Shown here piece after piece: positions 23,112-33,358 of a DNA stretch of 64,000 nucleotides. Source of the DNA: Pelagibacteraceae bacterium (lineage in GTDB: Bacteria > Pseudomonadota > Alphaproteobacteria > Pelagibacterales > Pelagibacteraceae). Position 1 is the stretch's first letter. Every line of letters starts with the position of its first letter. The notes under the pieces were generated by a model. The model saw nothing but the letters and a program-made list of their open reading frames with translations. It ran no database searches and was not told the origin of the DNA. The position numbers and the translations under genes were made by a program. The DNA lies in the NCBI GenBank assembly GCA_038133865.1, contig JAYPUB010000001.1:31-64030 (forward strand), read 5' to 3'.

Positions 23112-23517
23112 AGAAAATCTATATAATAAAACCTTAAATGAATCTAGAAATCCTGATATATTTCTAAATTATATAAATGATGATTTAAATAATAAATTAT
23201 TGATATTTTTAATATTTTTTTCAAAATTTTTTAATAAAATTGATAAAAGCGATAAGCATTATCAAAAGCTATTCGATTATATATTTAATAGAATTGAAAC
23301 TGATTTAAGAGAGCTTGGTTATGGCGATATGTCAGTAAATAAAAAAATGAAAATAATAGTAACTAAATTCTATTCAATTTTAGTAGATTTTAAAAATTTT
23401 AGCGCCTTATCTGAAATCAATAAAAACAATATATTATTAAAATATTTTACTGATATTCGAAAAATCAAAGGATTTTCTGATTTATTAACCAATTATTTAT
23501 ATATTGATAATAAATAA
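23104..23517 (+). CDS. ubiquinol-cytochrome c chaperone (Cbp3-like)
   Basis: LRELGYGDMSVNKKMK motif; ATG at 23104 preferred over upstream TTG 23044. Confidence 0.85.
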   Translation: MDIENLYNKTLNESRNPDIFLNYINDDLNNKLLIFLIFFSKFFNKIDKSDKHYQKLFDYIFNRIETDLRELGYGDMSVNKKMKIIVTKFYSILVDFKNFSALSEINKNNILLKYFTDIRKIKGFSDLLTNYLYIDNK

Positions 23518-23547
23518 TTAAATGTTAATTATGCGCAGGAAAAATTT

Positions 23548-23727
23548 ATGGCTGTACCAAAGCGAAAACTATCAGTATCTAGAAGAGGCAAAAGAAGATC
23601 ACATCTTGCTGCGACCTTTAAAAATGTTGTTGAAGATAAAAAAAGCGGTGAATTTAGATTGTCTCACCATGTCGATATGAAATCCGGCATGTACAATGGA
23701 AAACAAATTTTTAAGCCAAAAAATTAA
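23548..23727 (+). CDS. rpmF: 50S ribosomal protein L32 (Cys-free type); absent from the ORF track
   Basis: Manual translation [59 protein letters not shown]; AGGA SD upstream; precedes plsX. Confidence 0.96.
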   Translation: MAVPKRKLSVSRRGKRRSHLAATFKNVVEDKKSGEFRLSHHVDMKSGMYNGKQIFKPKN

Positions 23728-23735
23728 AATCATAA

Positions 23736-24761
23736 ATGAAAAAAAAATTTAGCATTGCAGTAGATGCAATGGGCGGAGACAATTCACCTGAAAAAGTATT
23801 AGAGGGTGTTAACATGTTATTTGATAAAAAAATTGATGCTCAAGTTAATTTATATGGAGATAAGCAAACTATATCAAATTTATTTAAAAAATATAAAAAT
23901 TTAAACAATGAAAATTGTTCAATAATACATTCACCAGACACGGTGCCGGGTGATATTTCTGTCAGAGACGCTATTAAACTTGGGAAGAAAACAAGTATGT
24001 GGATGGCAATTGAGTCTGTAAAATTAGGAGTAAACGATATTGTGGTTTCTTCAGGCAATACTGGTGCACTATTGGTAATGTCAAAATTAATATTAAAAAT
24101 GATAGAGGGATTAGATAAACCCGCTCTTGCTGCCATATGGCCAAATTTTAAAGACTATACAATAGTTTTGGATTTAGGTGCAAATGTTGAATGTACCGAA
24201 AAAAATTTAGTTGAATTTTCTATCATGGGATCTGAGCTGTATAAAATAATATTTGATAAATCTAATATTTCCACTGGTTTATTAAATATTGGCTCGGAAG
24301 AAATTAAAGGAAATGAATCTATAAAAAATGCTCACACAACATTACAATCATTAAAAAATTTGAATTTTAATTACAAAGGTTACATAGAGGGAAATCAAAT
24401 TAAAGATGGTGATATTCAAGTTGTAGTTACTGATGGATTTACTGGTAACATTGCACTTAAGACAGCAGAAGGTACAGCAAATTTTATAACTACAGAGATA
24501 AAAAAATCTTTTTCACAGTCAATTTTTTCAAAAATTGGTTATTTATTTAGTTATTTTGCCTTTAAACAAATTAAGTCTAAATTGGATCCACGAAAATATA
24601 ATGGAGCAATATTTTTAGGTTTGAATGCACCGGTAATCAAAAGTCATGGAAGCGCAGATGCATATGCTTTTTACAATTCATTGAATTTGTCTTATAGAAT
24701 TATAAATGGTAATCTAATTAATAAAATTAAAGACAATTTTATTAATAAAAATGTCAAATAA
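23736..24761 (+). CDS. plsX: phosphate acyltransferase PlsX
   Basis: IAVDAMGGD, SSGNTGAL, LDLGAN, DGFTGNIALKTAEG, KSHGS. Confidence 0.96.
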   Translation: MKKKFSIAVDAMGGDNSPEKVLEGVNMLFDKKIDAQVNLYGDKQTISNLFKKYKNLNNENCSIIHSPDTVPGDISVRDAIKLGKKTSMWMAIESVKLGVNDIVVSSGNTGALLVMSKLILKMIEGLDKPALAAIWPNFKDYTIVLDLGANVECTEKNLVEFSIMGSELYKIIFDKSNISTGLLNIGSEEIKGNESIKNAHTTLQSLKNLNFNYKGYIEGNQIKDGDIQVVVTDGFTGNIALKTAEGTANFITTEIKKSFSQSIFSKIGYLFSYFAFKQIKSKLDPRKYNGAIFLGLNAPVIKSHGSADAYAFYNSLNLSYRIINGNLINKIKDNFINKNVK

Positions 24762-25038
24762 TGTTACCAGACAAGATTTATACGATTTAACTCATAAAGA
24801 ATTAGGTATTTCAAAAAATGAATGTATAAAATTTGTTGATCTTGTTTTTGAGTCTATCCTTAAAAATCTTGAAATTAATAATAAAGTTAAGATATCATTA
24901 TTTGGATCTTTTGAAGTAAAAGAAAAAAATGCTAGAATTGGTAGAAATCCAAAAACAAAAGAAGAAAAAACAATATCATCTAGAAAAGTAGTTACCTTTA
25001 AGCCTTCAAAGTTTTTATCCAAAAAAATAAATAAATAA
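24751..25038 (+). CDS. ihfA: integration host factor subunit alpha
   Basis: VTRQDL, FGSF, RIGRNPKT, RKVVTFKPS; plsX-ihfA-merR context. Confidence 0.9.
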   Translation: MSNNVTRQDLYDLTHKELGISKNECIKFVDLVFESILKNLEINNKVKISLFGSFEVKEKNARIGRNPKTKEEKTISSRKVVTFKPSKFLSKKINK

Positions 25039-25397
25039 TGAAGACTAAAAATTCATATAAAACAATTGGGGAAGTTTGTGATATTGTTGGTTTAATAGAT
25101 CCTGAGACAGGCAAAAAAAAAACACACGTTCTTAGGTTTTGGGAAAAGCATTTTAAAGAGATAAAACCTGCTTTAATTTACAAAGGTAGAAGATATTATT
25201 CTGAAAAAAATATTGATATTATAAAAAAAATTAAAAAATTACTTAAAGATGATGGTTATACAATCAAAGGGTCTAAAAAGGCTTTAATGAACAATAATAT
25301 CTCGGTTGACACGTTGAATGATCATAATATAAGCACTAAAAAAATTATAAATTTAAAACATAAAATTAAAGAATTAAAAAAGTATTTAAATGGCTAA
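25038..25397 (+). CDS. MerR-family transcriptional regulator
   Basis: KTIGEV, HVLRFWE, GRRYY, GYTIKG motifs of the ihfA-linked MerR protein. Confidence 0.9.
   Translation: MKTKNSYKTIGEVCDIVGLIDPETGKKKTHVLRFWEKHFKEIKPALIYKGRRYYSEKNIDIIKKIKKLLKDDGYTIKGSKKALMNNNISVDTLNDHNISTKKIINLKHKIKELKKYLNG
25306..25333 (+). promoter_or_regulatory. candidate sigma70 promoter for rpmG inside the merR gene
   Basis: TTGACA (25306-25311), 16-nt spacer, TATAAG (25328-25333), about 55 nt upstream of rpmG. Confidence 0.4.
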
Positions 25398-25581
25398 AAA
25401 AAGTTCAATCAAAGTAAGATTAGTTCCAGAAGAAAAACCTGATAGTAAATATTTTTATTATGCATATAAACCGACAGCTGGAGAAAAAGCTAAAGAAAAG
25501 TTAAAAATGAAAAAATATAATCCTGCTACTCGTAAACACGAATGGTTTATAGAAAAAAAGCTACCACCACATAGTAAATAA
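25390..25581 (+). CDS. rpmG: 50S ribosomal protein L33 (Cys-free type)
   Basis: MAKK..IKVRL...KLKMKKYNPATRKHEWFIEKK. Confidence 0.93.
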   Translation: MAKKSSIKVRLVPEEKPDSKYFYYAYKPTAGEKAKEKLKMKKYNPATRKHEWFIEKKLPPHSK

Positions 25582-25583
25582 GA

Positions 25584-25880
25584 CTACTTATATTTCTTTC
25601 TTTCAAGCTTTATAAACGAATGTATCATTTTCAACCATATATTTTTGATAATAAAACTTTCTAAATTTAAACTTTTACCTTTTGCAACTCTCACCTTTAT
25701 CATTTGAGATATTCTTTTGGGGTCAACGATTTTATTTTTTGGCTTATATTTTATAACTTTAAGTACTTCTTTCCTTCTTTTTGATAGAAGTTTTAAAATT
25801 TGAAAATCTAATTTATCAATACTTTTTCTTACTTTTTCTAGATTTTTTTCAGGTGACAATTTGCTTATTTTTTTTTTCAT
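25584..25880 (-). CDS. monofunctional chorismate mutase type II (AroQ-like)
   Basis: LEKVRKSIDKLD..IL.LL.KR...K...VDPKR pattern; ATG at 25880 avoids overlap with ctaA. Confidence 0.8.
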   Translation of the reverse strand: MKKKISKLSPEKNLEKVRKSIDKLDFQILKLLSKRRKEVLKVIKYKPKNKIVDPKRISQMIKVRVAKGKSLNLESFIIKNIWLKMIHSFIKLERKKYK

Positions 25881-25901
25881 ACAAAATATATACCTAAAAC
25901 T

Positions 25902-26915
25902 ATGACTCAAATATATCAAAAAAATAAAGTATTTAATTGGTTGTGTGCTTCTTCTATTTTTTTAGTTTTATTGATTTGGGTTGGCGGATTAACAAGACTT
26001 ACTGGATCAGGATTGTCGATCACTCAGTGGGAAGTCTTTAGTGGTATTTTGCCTCCATTAACAGAAGTTAAATGGCAAGAATATTTTAACTTATATAAGC
26101 AAATTCCAGAATATAAAAAAATAAATTTTGGAATGAGTCTTGAAGAATTTAAAATCATTTTTTGGTGGGAATATATCCATAGAGTATTAGCAAGACTATT
26201 AGTTTTAATATACTTTATTCCACTTGTTTATTTTTTAAGAAATAAAATCATTGAAAAAGATAAAGTTATATATTTTATTTTTATTTTTATTTTATTTTTA
26301 TTACAAGGATTTATGGGTTGGTATATGGTTAAAAGTGGACTTGTTTCAGAGACTGATGTTAGTCATTTAAGACTAGCAGCACATTTATCTTTGGCAATTA
26401 TAATTTATTCTTTGATTTTTTGGTCATTACTAAATGTTAATAATAAAAATACATTTAGTTTAACTTTTGAAAATTTTTTAATATTTTTTTTGATTATATT
26501 AATCCTAATACAAATCATATGGGGTGCATTTACCTCAGGATTAAATGCAGGATTATTGTATCAAACTTGGCCATTAATGAATAATAATTTCATTGCCGAT
26601 GATATTGAGTTAATCAAAATTTTTTCTCAAAATCTGTATAATAATCCTTCATATGTTCAATTAATTCATAGATTCCTTGCATATATAATAATTTTATACT
26701 TTTTATTTATTTATTCTTTTCATTTTAAAAAATTTAAAACTCAATATCCGTTTATGTTAATTTTTTTAGCAATTAGTTTTCAAATTTTGCTTGGAATTTT
26801 TACGCTTATAAGCGGGTTAAATATTTATTTGGCAAGTTTGCATCAGATGGGTTCAATTTTACTAATATCCGCATCTATTTATGCATTATTTTATGTAAAT
26901 AGCAGGAAAACTTAA
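25902..26915 (+). CDS. ctaA: heme A synthase (COX15/CtaA)
   Basis: VGGLTRLTGSGLSITQW, WEYIHR, RLAAHL, IHR and LHQ His motifs. Confidence 0.95.
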   Translation: MTQIYQKNKVFNWLCASSIFLVLLIWVGGLTRLTGSGLSITQWEVFSGILPPLTEVKWQEYFNLYKQIPEYKKINFGMSLEEFKIIFWWEYIHRVLARLLVLIYFIPLVYFLRNKIIEKDKVIYFIFIFILFLLQGFMGWYMVKSGLVSETDVSHLRLAAHLSLAIIIYSLIFWSLLNVNNKNTFSLTFENFLIFFLIILILIQIIWGAFTSGLNAGLLYQTWPLMNNNFIADDIELIKIFSQNLYNNPSYVQLIHRFLAYIIILYFLFIYSFHFKKFKTQYPFMLIFLAISFQILLGIFTLISGLNIYLASLHQMGSILLISASIYALFYVNSRKT

Positions 26916-26944
26916 TTGACAGCTTGCTGTATAAACAGTAATTA
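26916..26944 (+). promoter_or_regulatory. candidate sigma70 promoter of rplM-rpsI
   Basis: TTGACA at 26916-26921, 17-nt spacer, TAATTA at 26939-26944, just before the rplM ATG. Confidence 0.5.
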
Positions 26945-26956
26945 GCAGCCTTCAAC

Positions 26957-27418
26957 ATGACAGATTTTATAAAAAAAAGCGAACTAGAAAACAAATGGTA
27001 TCATATAGATGCTACTAATGTCGTAGTTGGAAGGCTTGCTGCTGAAATATCAAAAATATTAAGAGGAAAGAACAAAACTACTTTTACACCTAATATGGAT
27101 AATGGTGATTTTGTAGTAGTAACTAATGTTAAAAAAATTAAATTTAGTGGAAAAAAATTTACAGATAAAAAATATTATAAGCACACAGGATGGCCAGGAG
27201 GGATAAAAGAAAAAACACCAAGTAATTTTGCAGAAAAAAATAAGCCAGAAGAAATTCTTAAACTTGCTGTAAAAAGAATGTTGCCTAGAGGTCCACTGTC
27301 AAAAAAACAATTAACTAAATTAAAAATATATTCTTCAGAAAAACACCCTCATGATGCTCAAAAAATTGAAAATATTGATTTTGGTAAATTAAACAAAAAA
27401 AACGTAAGAAGTAATTAA
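26957..27418 (+). CDS. rplM: 50S ribosomal protein L13
   Basis: WYHIDA..VGRLA..LRGKNK..FTP..DNGDFVVV, MLPRG. Confidence 0.97.
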   Translation: MTDFIKKSELENKWYHIDATNVVVGRLAAEISKILRGKNKTTFTPNMDNGDFVVVTNVKKIKFSGKKFTDKKYYKHTGWPGGIKEKTPSNFAEKNKPEEILKLAVKRMLPRGPLSKKQLTKLKIYSSEKHPHDAQKIENIDFGKLNKKNVRSN

Positions 27419-27419
27419 A

Positions 27420-27833
27420 ATGAGTACTGAAGTTATTAAAATTTCAAAAGATGCTGTTTATGCAACTGGTAAAAGAAAAGATGCAGTTGCTAGAGTATGG
27501 ATGTTAAAAGGAACTGGAAAAATTTTTGTAAATGGAAAAGTTTATTCTCAATATTTCAAAAGACCTGTTCATCAGTTAGCAATTGAAAAGCCATTAACTA
27601 TTACAAAATCAAAAGATATATTTGATATTGTGTGCACAGTTAAAGGTGGTGGAATGAGTGGCCAAGCTGGTGCTGTGACACATGGAATAGCAAAAGCTTT
27701 AGTTGAATCAACACCAGATACTAGAAAAATTGTTAAAAAAAATAAAATGCTTACTAGAGATTCACGAACGGTTGAGCGTAAAAAACCTGGACAAAGAAAA
27801 GCGAGACGAAAGTTCCAGTTTTCTAAAAGATAA
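27420..27833 (+). CDS. rpsI: 30S ribosomal protein S9
   Basis: TGKRKDAVARV, GGGMSGQAGA, LTRDSR.VERKKPG..KARRKFQFSKR. Confidence 0.98.
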   Translation: MSTEVIKISKDAVYATGKRKDAVARVWMLKGTGKIFVNGKVYSQYFKRPVHQLAIEKPLTITKSKDIFDIVCTVKGGGMSGQAGAVTHGIAKALVESTPDTRKIVKKNKMLTRDSRTVERKKPGQRKARRKFQFSKR

Positions 27834-27886
27834 TTCACTTTTAGTTTTTTATTGTTTTAAAATCAAACACATTTAAATTTGGAATT

Positions 27887-28897
27887 ATGGCTGAAAAAAT
27901 AAATATTTCTATTGCAGGAGCAACTGGATTTGTAGGTTTGGAATTGATAAAAAAACTTTATTTTCATCCAAATGTAAACATTAAATATTTATTTGTAAAT
28001 GAAAGTATAAATGATGATATTTATAAAAATTTACCCAAAGAAATTTCACTTTTACCTGAGTTGAAAAAAATTGATTTAGATCTAGTAAATGAGTGCGATG
28101 TTTTTTTTCCTTCATTGCCTCATGCTCAATTACATAAGTTAGCAAATAAAATATCTCCACAAATTACAATTATAGATTTATCTGCTGATTTTAGATTACC
28201 CGATATAAAAACTTATGAGAAATGGTATAATATAAAACATGAGAGTCCTGAATTACAAAAAAAATCAGTATATGGACTTTCAGAAATTTTTAGAAGTAAA
28301 ATAAAAAATAGTAATTTAATAGCATGCCCTGGATGTTATCCAACATCTATACTTTTGCCCCTTATACCATTAATTAAAAATGAATTGATTGATCCCAATA
28401 ATATCATAATTGATAGTAAGTCCGGGTATTCAGGAGCCGGAAAAAAAATTTATAACAATGATCAATATCCAAATATAGATGAAAATATTGCCATTTATGG
28501 TGTCGGAAATCATAGACATTTGCCAGAGATAAATTTTTACTTATCTTTATTCTCTAAAAAGAATTTAGATGTTTCTTTTACTCCACATTTGATACCAACT
28601 TTTAGAGGCATGCTTTCAACTATTTATGTAAAGTCTGATAAATCAATTGATGATTTATATAAAACTTTATTTGAATTTTATGAAAAAGAAACTTTTGTTG
28701 AGATTTTTAATTCTAAAATGATAAACACAGATAATGTTATTAATACAAATAAAGCTCATATTTCTATAAATAGTAGCAATATAAAAAACTCATTTATTAT
28801 TTCGTGTAGTATTGATAATTTGCTTAAAGGTGCTGCTGGACAGGCAGTTCAAAATTTTAATATTAGATACAACTTTGATGAAAAGTTAGGATTATAA
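27887..28897 (+). CDS. argC: N-acetyl-gamma-glutamyl-phosphate reductase
   Basis: GATGFVG, DLSADFR, PGCYPT, SGYSGAG, DNLLKGAAGQAVQN. Confidence 0.97.
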   Translation: MAEKINISIAGATGFVGLELIKKLYFHPNVNIKYLFVNESINDDIYKNLPKEISLLPELKKIDLDLVNECDVFFPSLPHAQLHKLANKISPQITIIDLSADFRLPDIKTYEKWYNIKHESPELQKKSVYGLSEIFRSKIKNSNLIACPGCYPTSILLPLIPLIKNELIDPNNIIIDSKSGYSGAGKKIYNNDQYPNIDENIAIYGVGNHRHLPEINFYLSLFSKKNLDVSFTPHLIPTFRGMLSTIYVKSDKSIDDLYKTLFEFYEKETFVEIFNSKMINTDNVINTNKAHISINSSNIKNSFIISCSIDNLLKGAAGQAVQNFNIRYNFDEKLGL

Positions 28898-28899
28898 CA

Positions 28900-30195
28900 A
28901 TGAAAGAGTTTAATTTAGGAATTATCGGTTTAGGTAATATAGGATTAGAAGTTTATAAAAATATAAAAAAAAATGCTTCAGATATAAGAAAAAAAACAGG
29001 ATTTAAACTAAATGTAGTCAAGGTTTCTGCAAAAAATATAAGTAAAAAAAGAGGAGTTAAATTTTCAAAAGGAGTTTTAGAAAGAAATATATCAAAAATT
29101 ATTAAAAATCCCAAAATTGATATTATTGTTGAATTAATTGGAGGAGCTGATGGAATTGCAAAAAAAATAGTTTTTGATTCCATTAAAAATAAAAAGCATG
29201 TTGTTACAGCAAACAAAGCATTAATTGCTAAGCATGGTGACGCATTATCTGTGTTAGCAGAAAAACACGGAGTTAACTTGTTATTTGAAGCAGCGGTAGG
29301 TGGAGGTATACCTATTATTAGATCAATTAAACAAGGTTTAATTGCAAATAAATTACATCATATTTACGGAATTTTAAATGGTACAACAAATTTTATATTA
29401 ACTGAAATGGAAAAGAGAAATGAAAATTTCAATACTATTTTAAAAGATGCGCAAAAATTAGGTTATGCAGAAAGTAATCCGACCGCTGATGTAGATGGTT
29501 TTGATTCTGCTGATAAGATTTCAATTTTGAGCTCAATTGGATTTGGAACAAAAATAATAAATAGGAGATTTTTAATTGAAGGGATACGCAATATTGAAAT
29601 TGAAGATATACGGTTTGCTAAAACATTAGATTTTAAAATTAAACTTTTAGCTATTGCAGAAAAAATTAATAATAAGGTTAAACAACGAGTTCATCCATGT
29701 TTAATTCCAAATAATTTAGATGTTGCTAATATTGATGATGTAATCAATGCAGTAGTAGTCGATGGTCATCCCATTGGAAGAACAATCTATGAGGGTCCAG
29801 GCGCTGGCAAAGGTCCAACTTCATCTGCTGTCATTTCTGATATTACATCTATTATGCTAGGAAATGATGAGTTTTCTTTTGGATTAGCTCCATCTGCCAA
29901 GAAAAAGATGAAACTTTTTAATTTTGATGATCATGAGTCAAAATATTATTTAAGATTTTTAACAAAAGATGTGTCGGGAGTTTTATCAAAAATTACATCT
30001 TCTCTAGCTAAAAATAAAATTAGCGTTGCTAATCTTCTTCAAGAACCATCAAAGTCTGGTACTGCTAATGTAATGTTGATCACTCATTTTTGTAAGGAAA
30101 TGAATATTCAAAAAGTTTTAAGATCATTATCAACACAAAAAAAACTTTTTAAAAAAATAGTTATGATTAGAGTTAGGGATTATAAAAAACTCTAA
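28900..30195 (+). CDS. hom: homoserine dehydrogenase with ACT domain
   Basis: GLGNIG, VVTANKA, EAAVGGGIP, GILNGTTN, GYAE..P..DV, GPGAG. Confidence 0.96.
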   Translation: MKEFNLGIIGLGNIGLEVYKNIKKNASDIRKKTGFKLNVVKVSAKNISKKRGVKFSKGVLERNISKIIKNPKIDIIVELIGGADGIAKKIVFDSIKNKKHVVTANKALIAKHGDALSVLAEKHGVNLLFEAAVGGGIPIIRSIKQGLIANKLHHIYGILNGTTNFILTEMEKRNENFNTILKDAQKLGYAESNPTADVDGFDSADKISILSSIGFGTKIINRRFLIEGIRNIEIEDIRFAKTLDFKIKLLAIAEKINNKVKQRVHPCLIPNNLDVANIDDVINAVVVDGHPIGRTIYEGPGAGKGPTSSAVISDITSIMLGNDEFSFGLAPSAKKKMKLFNFDDHESKYYLRFLTKDVSGVLSKITSSLAKNKISVANLLQEPSKSGTANVMLITHFCKEMNIQKVLRSLSTQKKLFKKIVMIRVRDYKKL

Positions 30196-31136
30196 TGTTA
30201 GACCCCAAGTTACTTGAGCAAATCATAGATGTGGCTGCGGTTGCTGCATACCAATCTTCTTTATTAAAAGGAAAAGGGGATAAAAATGCTGCTGACCAAG
30301 CGGCTGTTGATGCTATGAGAAATCAATTAAATAATATGAACATCAAAGGAAAAGTTGTTATTGGTGAAGGGGAGATGGATGAAGCCCCAATGCTTTATAT
30401 TGGAGAGATTCTCGGAAAATCAGATAGTCCAATAATAGATATAGCTGTCGATCCTCTAGATGGAACAAAACTAGCTGCTAATAATCAACCAAATGCTATA
30501 TCAGTGATTTCGATTTCAGAAGAGGGTATGTTACTACAGGCGCCAGATACCTATATGGATAAAATTTCTGTTGGATCAAATCTTCCAGATAACATTGTAG
30601 ATTTAGATGAAGATATAAAAAAAAATATTGAGAATTTAGCTAAAGCTAAAAAGAAAAACCCCAAAGATATTTGTATATGTATGCTTGATCGAGATAGGCA
30701 CAATCATTTTAAAGATGGTGCTAAATCTATGGGTTCTCGACTTAAATTGATTTCAGATGGAGATGTTGCGGGTGCAATATTTTCTGCATTAGATAGTTCT
30801 CAAGTGGATATGTATGTAGGAATTGGTGGTGCACCAGAGGGAGTCTTAGCAGCATCAGCTATTAAATGTCTTGGCGGACAATTTCAAGCAAGATTAAAAA
30901 TTGAAGATGAGGATGAAATTAGAAGAGCAAAAAAACTTGGTATTACAGATTTTAATAAAAAATATAACATAAATGACTTAGTAAAAGGCGATGTAATTTT
31001 TTGTTTAACCGGAGTAACTGACGGCGAACTTGTATCCGGTGTTCGATTAAAAAATAAAACTTATGAAACAGAAACATTTGCACTGCATTATTCGCAAAAA
31101 TTTTTTAAAAAGGTAAAAAAAACCTACCAAATATGA
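30195..31136 (+). CDS. glpX: fructose-1,6-bisphosphatase class II
   Basis: VVIGEGEMDEAPMLYIGE, DIAVDPLDGT, DGDVAG, GGAPEGVLAA. Confidence 0.96.
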   Translation: MLDPKLLEQIIDVAAVAAYQSSLLKGKGDKNAADQAAVDAMRNQLNNMNIKGKVVIGEGEMDEAPMLYIGEILGKSDSPIIDIAVDPLDGTKLAANNQPNAISVISISEEGMLLQAPDTYMDKISVGSNLPDNIVDLDEDIKKNIENLAKAKKKNPKDICICMLDRDRHNHFKDGAKSMGSRLKLISDGDVAGAIFSALDSSQVDMYVGIGGAPEGVLAASAIKCLGGQFQARLKIEDEDEIRRAKKLGITDFNKKYNINDLVKGDVIFCLTGVTDGELVSGVRLKNKTYETETFALHYSQKFFKKVKKTYQI

Positions 31137-32878
31137 AAAATCACTCTGTTCAAGGAAAGGAATGGGTGGTTAAAGATTTTGATAAAAGTTTAACTGAATT
31201 AATTTCAAGTAAATATAATATAGACTATTTAACAGCTAAGCTACTTACGATTAAAGGTTTAAAAGAAAGCGAAATTGAAAATTTTTTAAATCCTAAGATA
31301 AAAAATTATTTACCAAATCCCTTGTTATTTAAAGATTGTGATAAAGCTTTAGATAATATTTTTAAGCATATTCAAAACGGTAGTAAAATATGTATTTTTG
31401 GAGATTATGATGTTGATGGTGCTACATCTAGTAGTATGATGTCTTCATATTTAAAAAATTTAAATATTAATCACTTTGTTTTTATACCAGATCGTCAAAG
31501 AGACGGATATGGTCCTTCTGTTAAAACTTTTGAAAACTTAATTAATCAAGATGTAAATTTAATAATAACTTTGGATTGTGGCATTACATCATTTGATGCA
31601 ATTAAATTAGCAAAAGATAAAAAAATTGATGTAATTGTAATTGATCACCATAAATCTCAAGAAATATTACCAGAGGCAGATGCTATAATTAATCCTAATC
31701 GTTTAGATGAAAATGGAGAATATTATTATCTGTGTGCAGCAGGTGTTTTATTTATATTTTTAGTAGGTTTAAATAAGTATTTAAGAGAAAAAAATTTTTT
31801 TAAAAATAACAATATACATGAACCTGATCTATTAAATTTTTTAGATCTGGTAATGATGGGTACAGTGTGCGATGTTGTTCCTTTAATAAATTTAAATAGA
31901 GCTTTTGTTTTTCAAGGATTAAAAATTGCGTCCAAAAGAAGTAACCTTGGGTTAAAAACTTTAGTAGATTATTCAAAAATAAAGAAAAAATTATCAACTT
32001 CAGAAATTGGTTATGTGTTAGGGCCAAAAATTAATGCAGGTGGCAGAATAGGTAAATCTGAACTAGGTTATAAACTATTGACCACAGATGACGCTGAAAC
32101 AGCATATTTAATCTCTACAGAACTCGAAAGTTTAAATTTAAAAAGAAAAGAACTCGAAAGTAAAATTGTTGAAGAAGCAATAAATTTAGCTGAAAAAGAA
32201 AGGTCTGAAGAGATTATTTTTTTGGTAAAAAATGATTGGCATGAAGGTTTGATTGGTATTGTCGCCAGCAGATTAAAAGATTATTTTAATAAACCAGCTT
32301 TTATTATTTCTCATAGTGGCAATATATGCAAAGGGTCTGCAAGATCTATTTTTGGTTTTGACATTGGCTTGGCAATAACAAAATGTAAACAGTTGGAAAT
32401 TATCATAAAAGGTGGTGGCCATCCAATGGCTGGTGGTTTTAGTTTAAAATATGATCAATTAAATAACTTCAAAAAAGAATTAATTAAAATTTTTAATAAA
32501 TCAAATAAAGAAAAAATAAATGATACTATTTTTTATATAGACTCTTACTTGGAAAGCACGGCAATCAATAATGAGCTGATTGAGAAAATTAATAACTTAG
32601 AGCCATATGGATCTGGTAACAGGGAGCCTGTTTTTGCTTTTGAAAATTTTAAGATTAGTAAAATTATAGAAACCAATAATAATCATGTAAAAGCGATTAT
32701 GCAAAAGGGGTCCTTTTATTTAAATACTATATGTTTTAATTCAAAGACTAAAGATATCGGAAATTATCTGATGCATTATAAAAATAATTTGAATGTTGCT
32801 GGTAAAATCAAGCTAAATGAATGGAATGGAAAATCTAGCATTGAGTTAATCGTTGAGGATATTCAGTTAATCAATTAA
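31133..32878 (+). CDS. recJ: single-stranded-DNA-specific exonuclease RecJ
   Basis: GDYDVDG, DCG, IDHH, GTVCDV, INAGGRIG, GSARS, GGGHPMAGG. Confidence 0.96.
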   Translation: MKNHSVQGKEWVVKDFDKSLTELISSKYNIDYLTAKLLTIKGLKESEIENFLNPKIKNYLPNPLLFKDCDKALDNIFKHIQNGSKICIFGDYDVDGATSSSMMSSYLKNLNINHFVFIPDRQRDGYGPSVKTFENLINQDVNLIITLDCGITSFDAIKLAKDKKIDVIVIDHHKSQEILPEADAIINPNRLDENGEYYYLCAAGVLFIFLVGLNKYLREKNFFKNNNIHEPDLLNFLDLVMMGTVCDVVPLINLNRAFVFQGLKIASKRSNLGLKTLVDYSKIKKKLSTSEIGYVLGPKINAGGRIGKSELGYKLLTTDDAETAYLISTELESLNLKRKELESKIVEEAINLAEKERSEEIIFLVKNDWHEGLIGIVASRLKDYFNKPAFIISHSGNICKGSARSIFGFDIGLAITKCKQLEIIIKGGGHPMAGGFSLKYDQLNNFKKELIKIFNKSNKEKINDTIFYIDSYLESTAINNELIEKINNLEPYGSGNREPVFAFENFKISKIIETNNNHVKAIMQKGSFYLNTICFNSKTKDIGNYLMHYKNNLNVAGKIKLNEWNGKSSIELIVEDIQLIN

Positions 32879-32926
32879 TTTTTTTTATTGATTATATAAC
32901 AATAATAAATAAAAAGAGTTTTCTCT

Positions 32927-33001
32927 GGTCCCTTCGTCTATCGGTTAGGACACATGGTTTTCATCCATGAAAGAGGGGTTCGATTCCCCTAGGGACCGCC
33001 A
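32927..33001 (+). tRNA. tRNA-Glu (TTC)
   Basis: Acceptor GGTCCCT/AGGGACC + G + CCA; anticodon arm CATGG-TTTTCAT-CCATG; GGTTCGATTCC T-arm. Confidence 0.96.
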
Positions 33002-33007
33002 GATATT

Positions 33008-33358
33008 ATGACCGAGTATTTTCTTTTTATATTTGCTAATTTGTGGTCTTACTTTTTTATAAAATTTAAAAAAAATTTCTCCAAAAAGGCAAATATTATA
33101 ATTTCTCTATTTGTTGCAAAGATCTCGTATTTTACTCTAATTTCTAGTATTTTTTTTGGAATTTTTAATTTTGGACTTAAAAACTCTTTTCTTGGTTTAA
33201 TATCAAGCATTATTCTTATTGAAATATTTTTTTTTGTAGGAAAGAAGTATTTAAACCAGAATAATAATTTATTAGAAAAAGTTGGAAAATTTAAAAGTTA
33301 TTTTGAATACGGTTTGATTGCTTTTTTTTTAATTTATCTAATCAATAAATTTTATTAG
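33008..33358 (+). CDS. hypothetical membrane protein
   Basis: 116-aa ORF with about 4 hydrophobic segments. Confidence 0.65.
   Translation: MTEYFLFIFANLWSYFFIKFKKNFSKKANIIISLFVAKISYFTLISSIFFGIFNFGLKNSFLGLISSIILIEIFFFVGKKYLNQNNNLLEKVGKFKSYFEYGLIAFFLIYLINKFY

Noticed and set aside
32119-32161. 13-bp direct repeat AGAACTCGAAAGT in recJ, 30 nt apart
   Set aside because: Only two copies, in frame (ELES...ELES) in a helical segment; not a CRISPR or mobile-element repeat.
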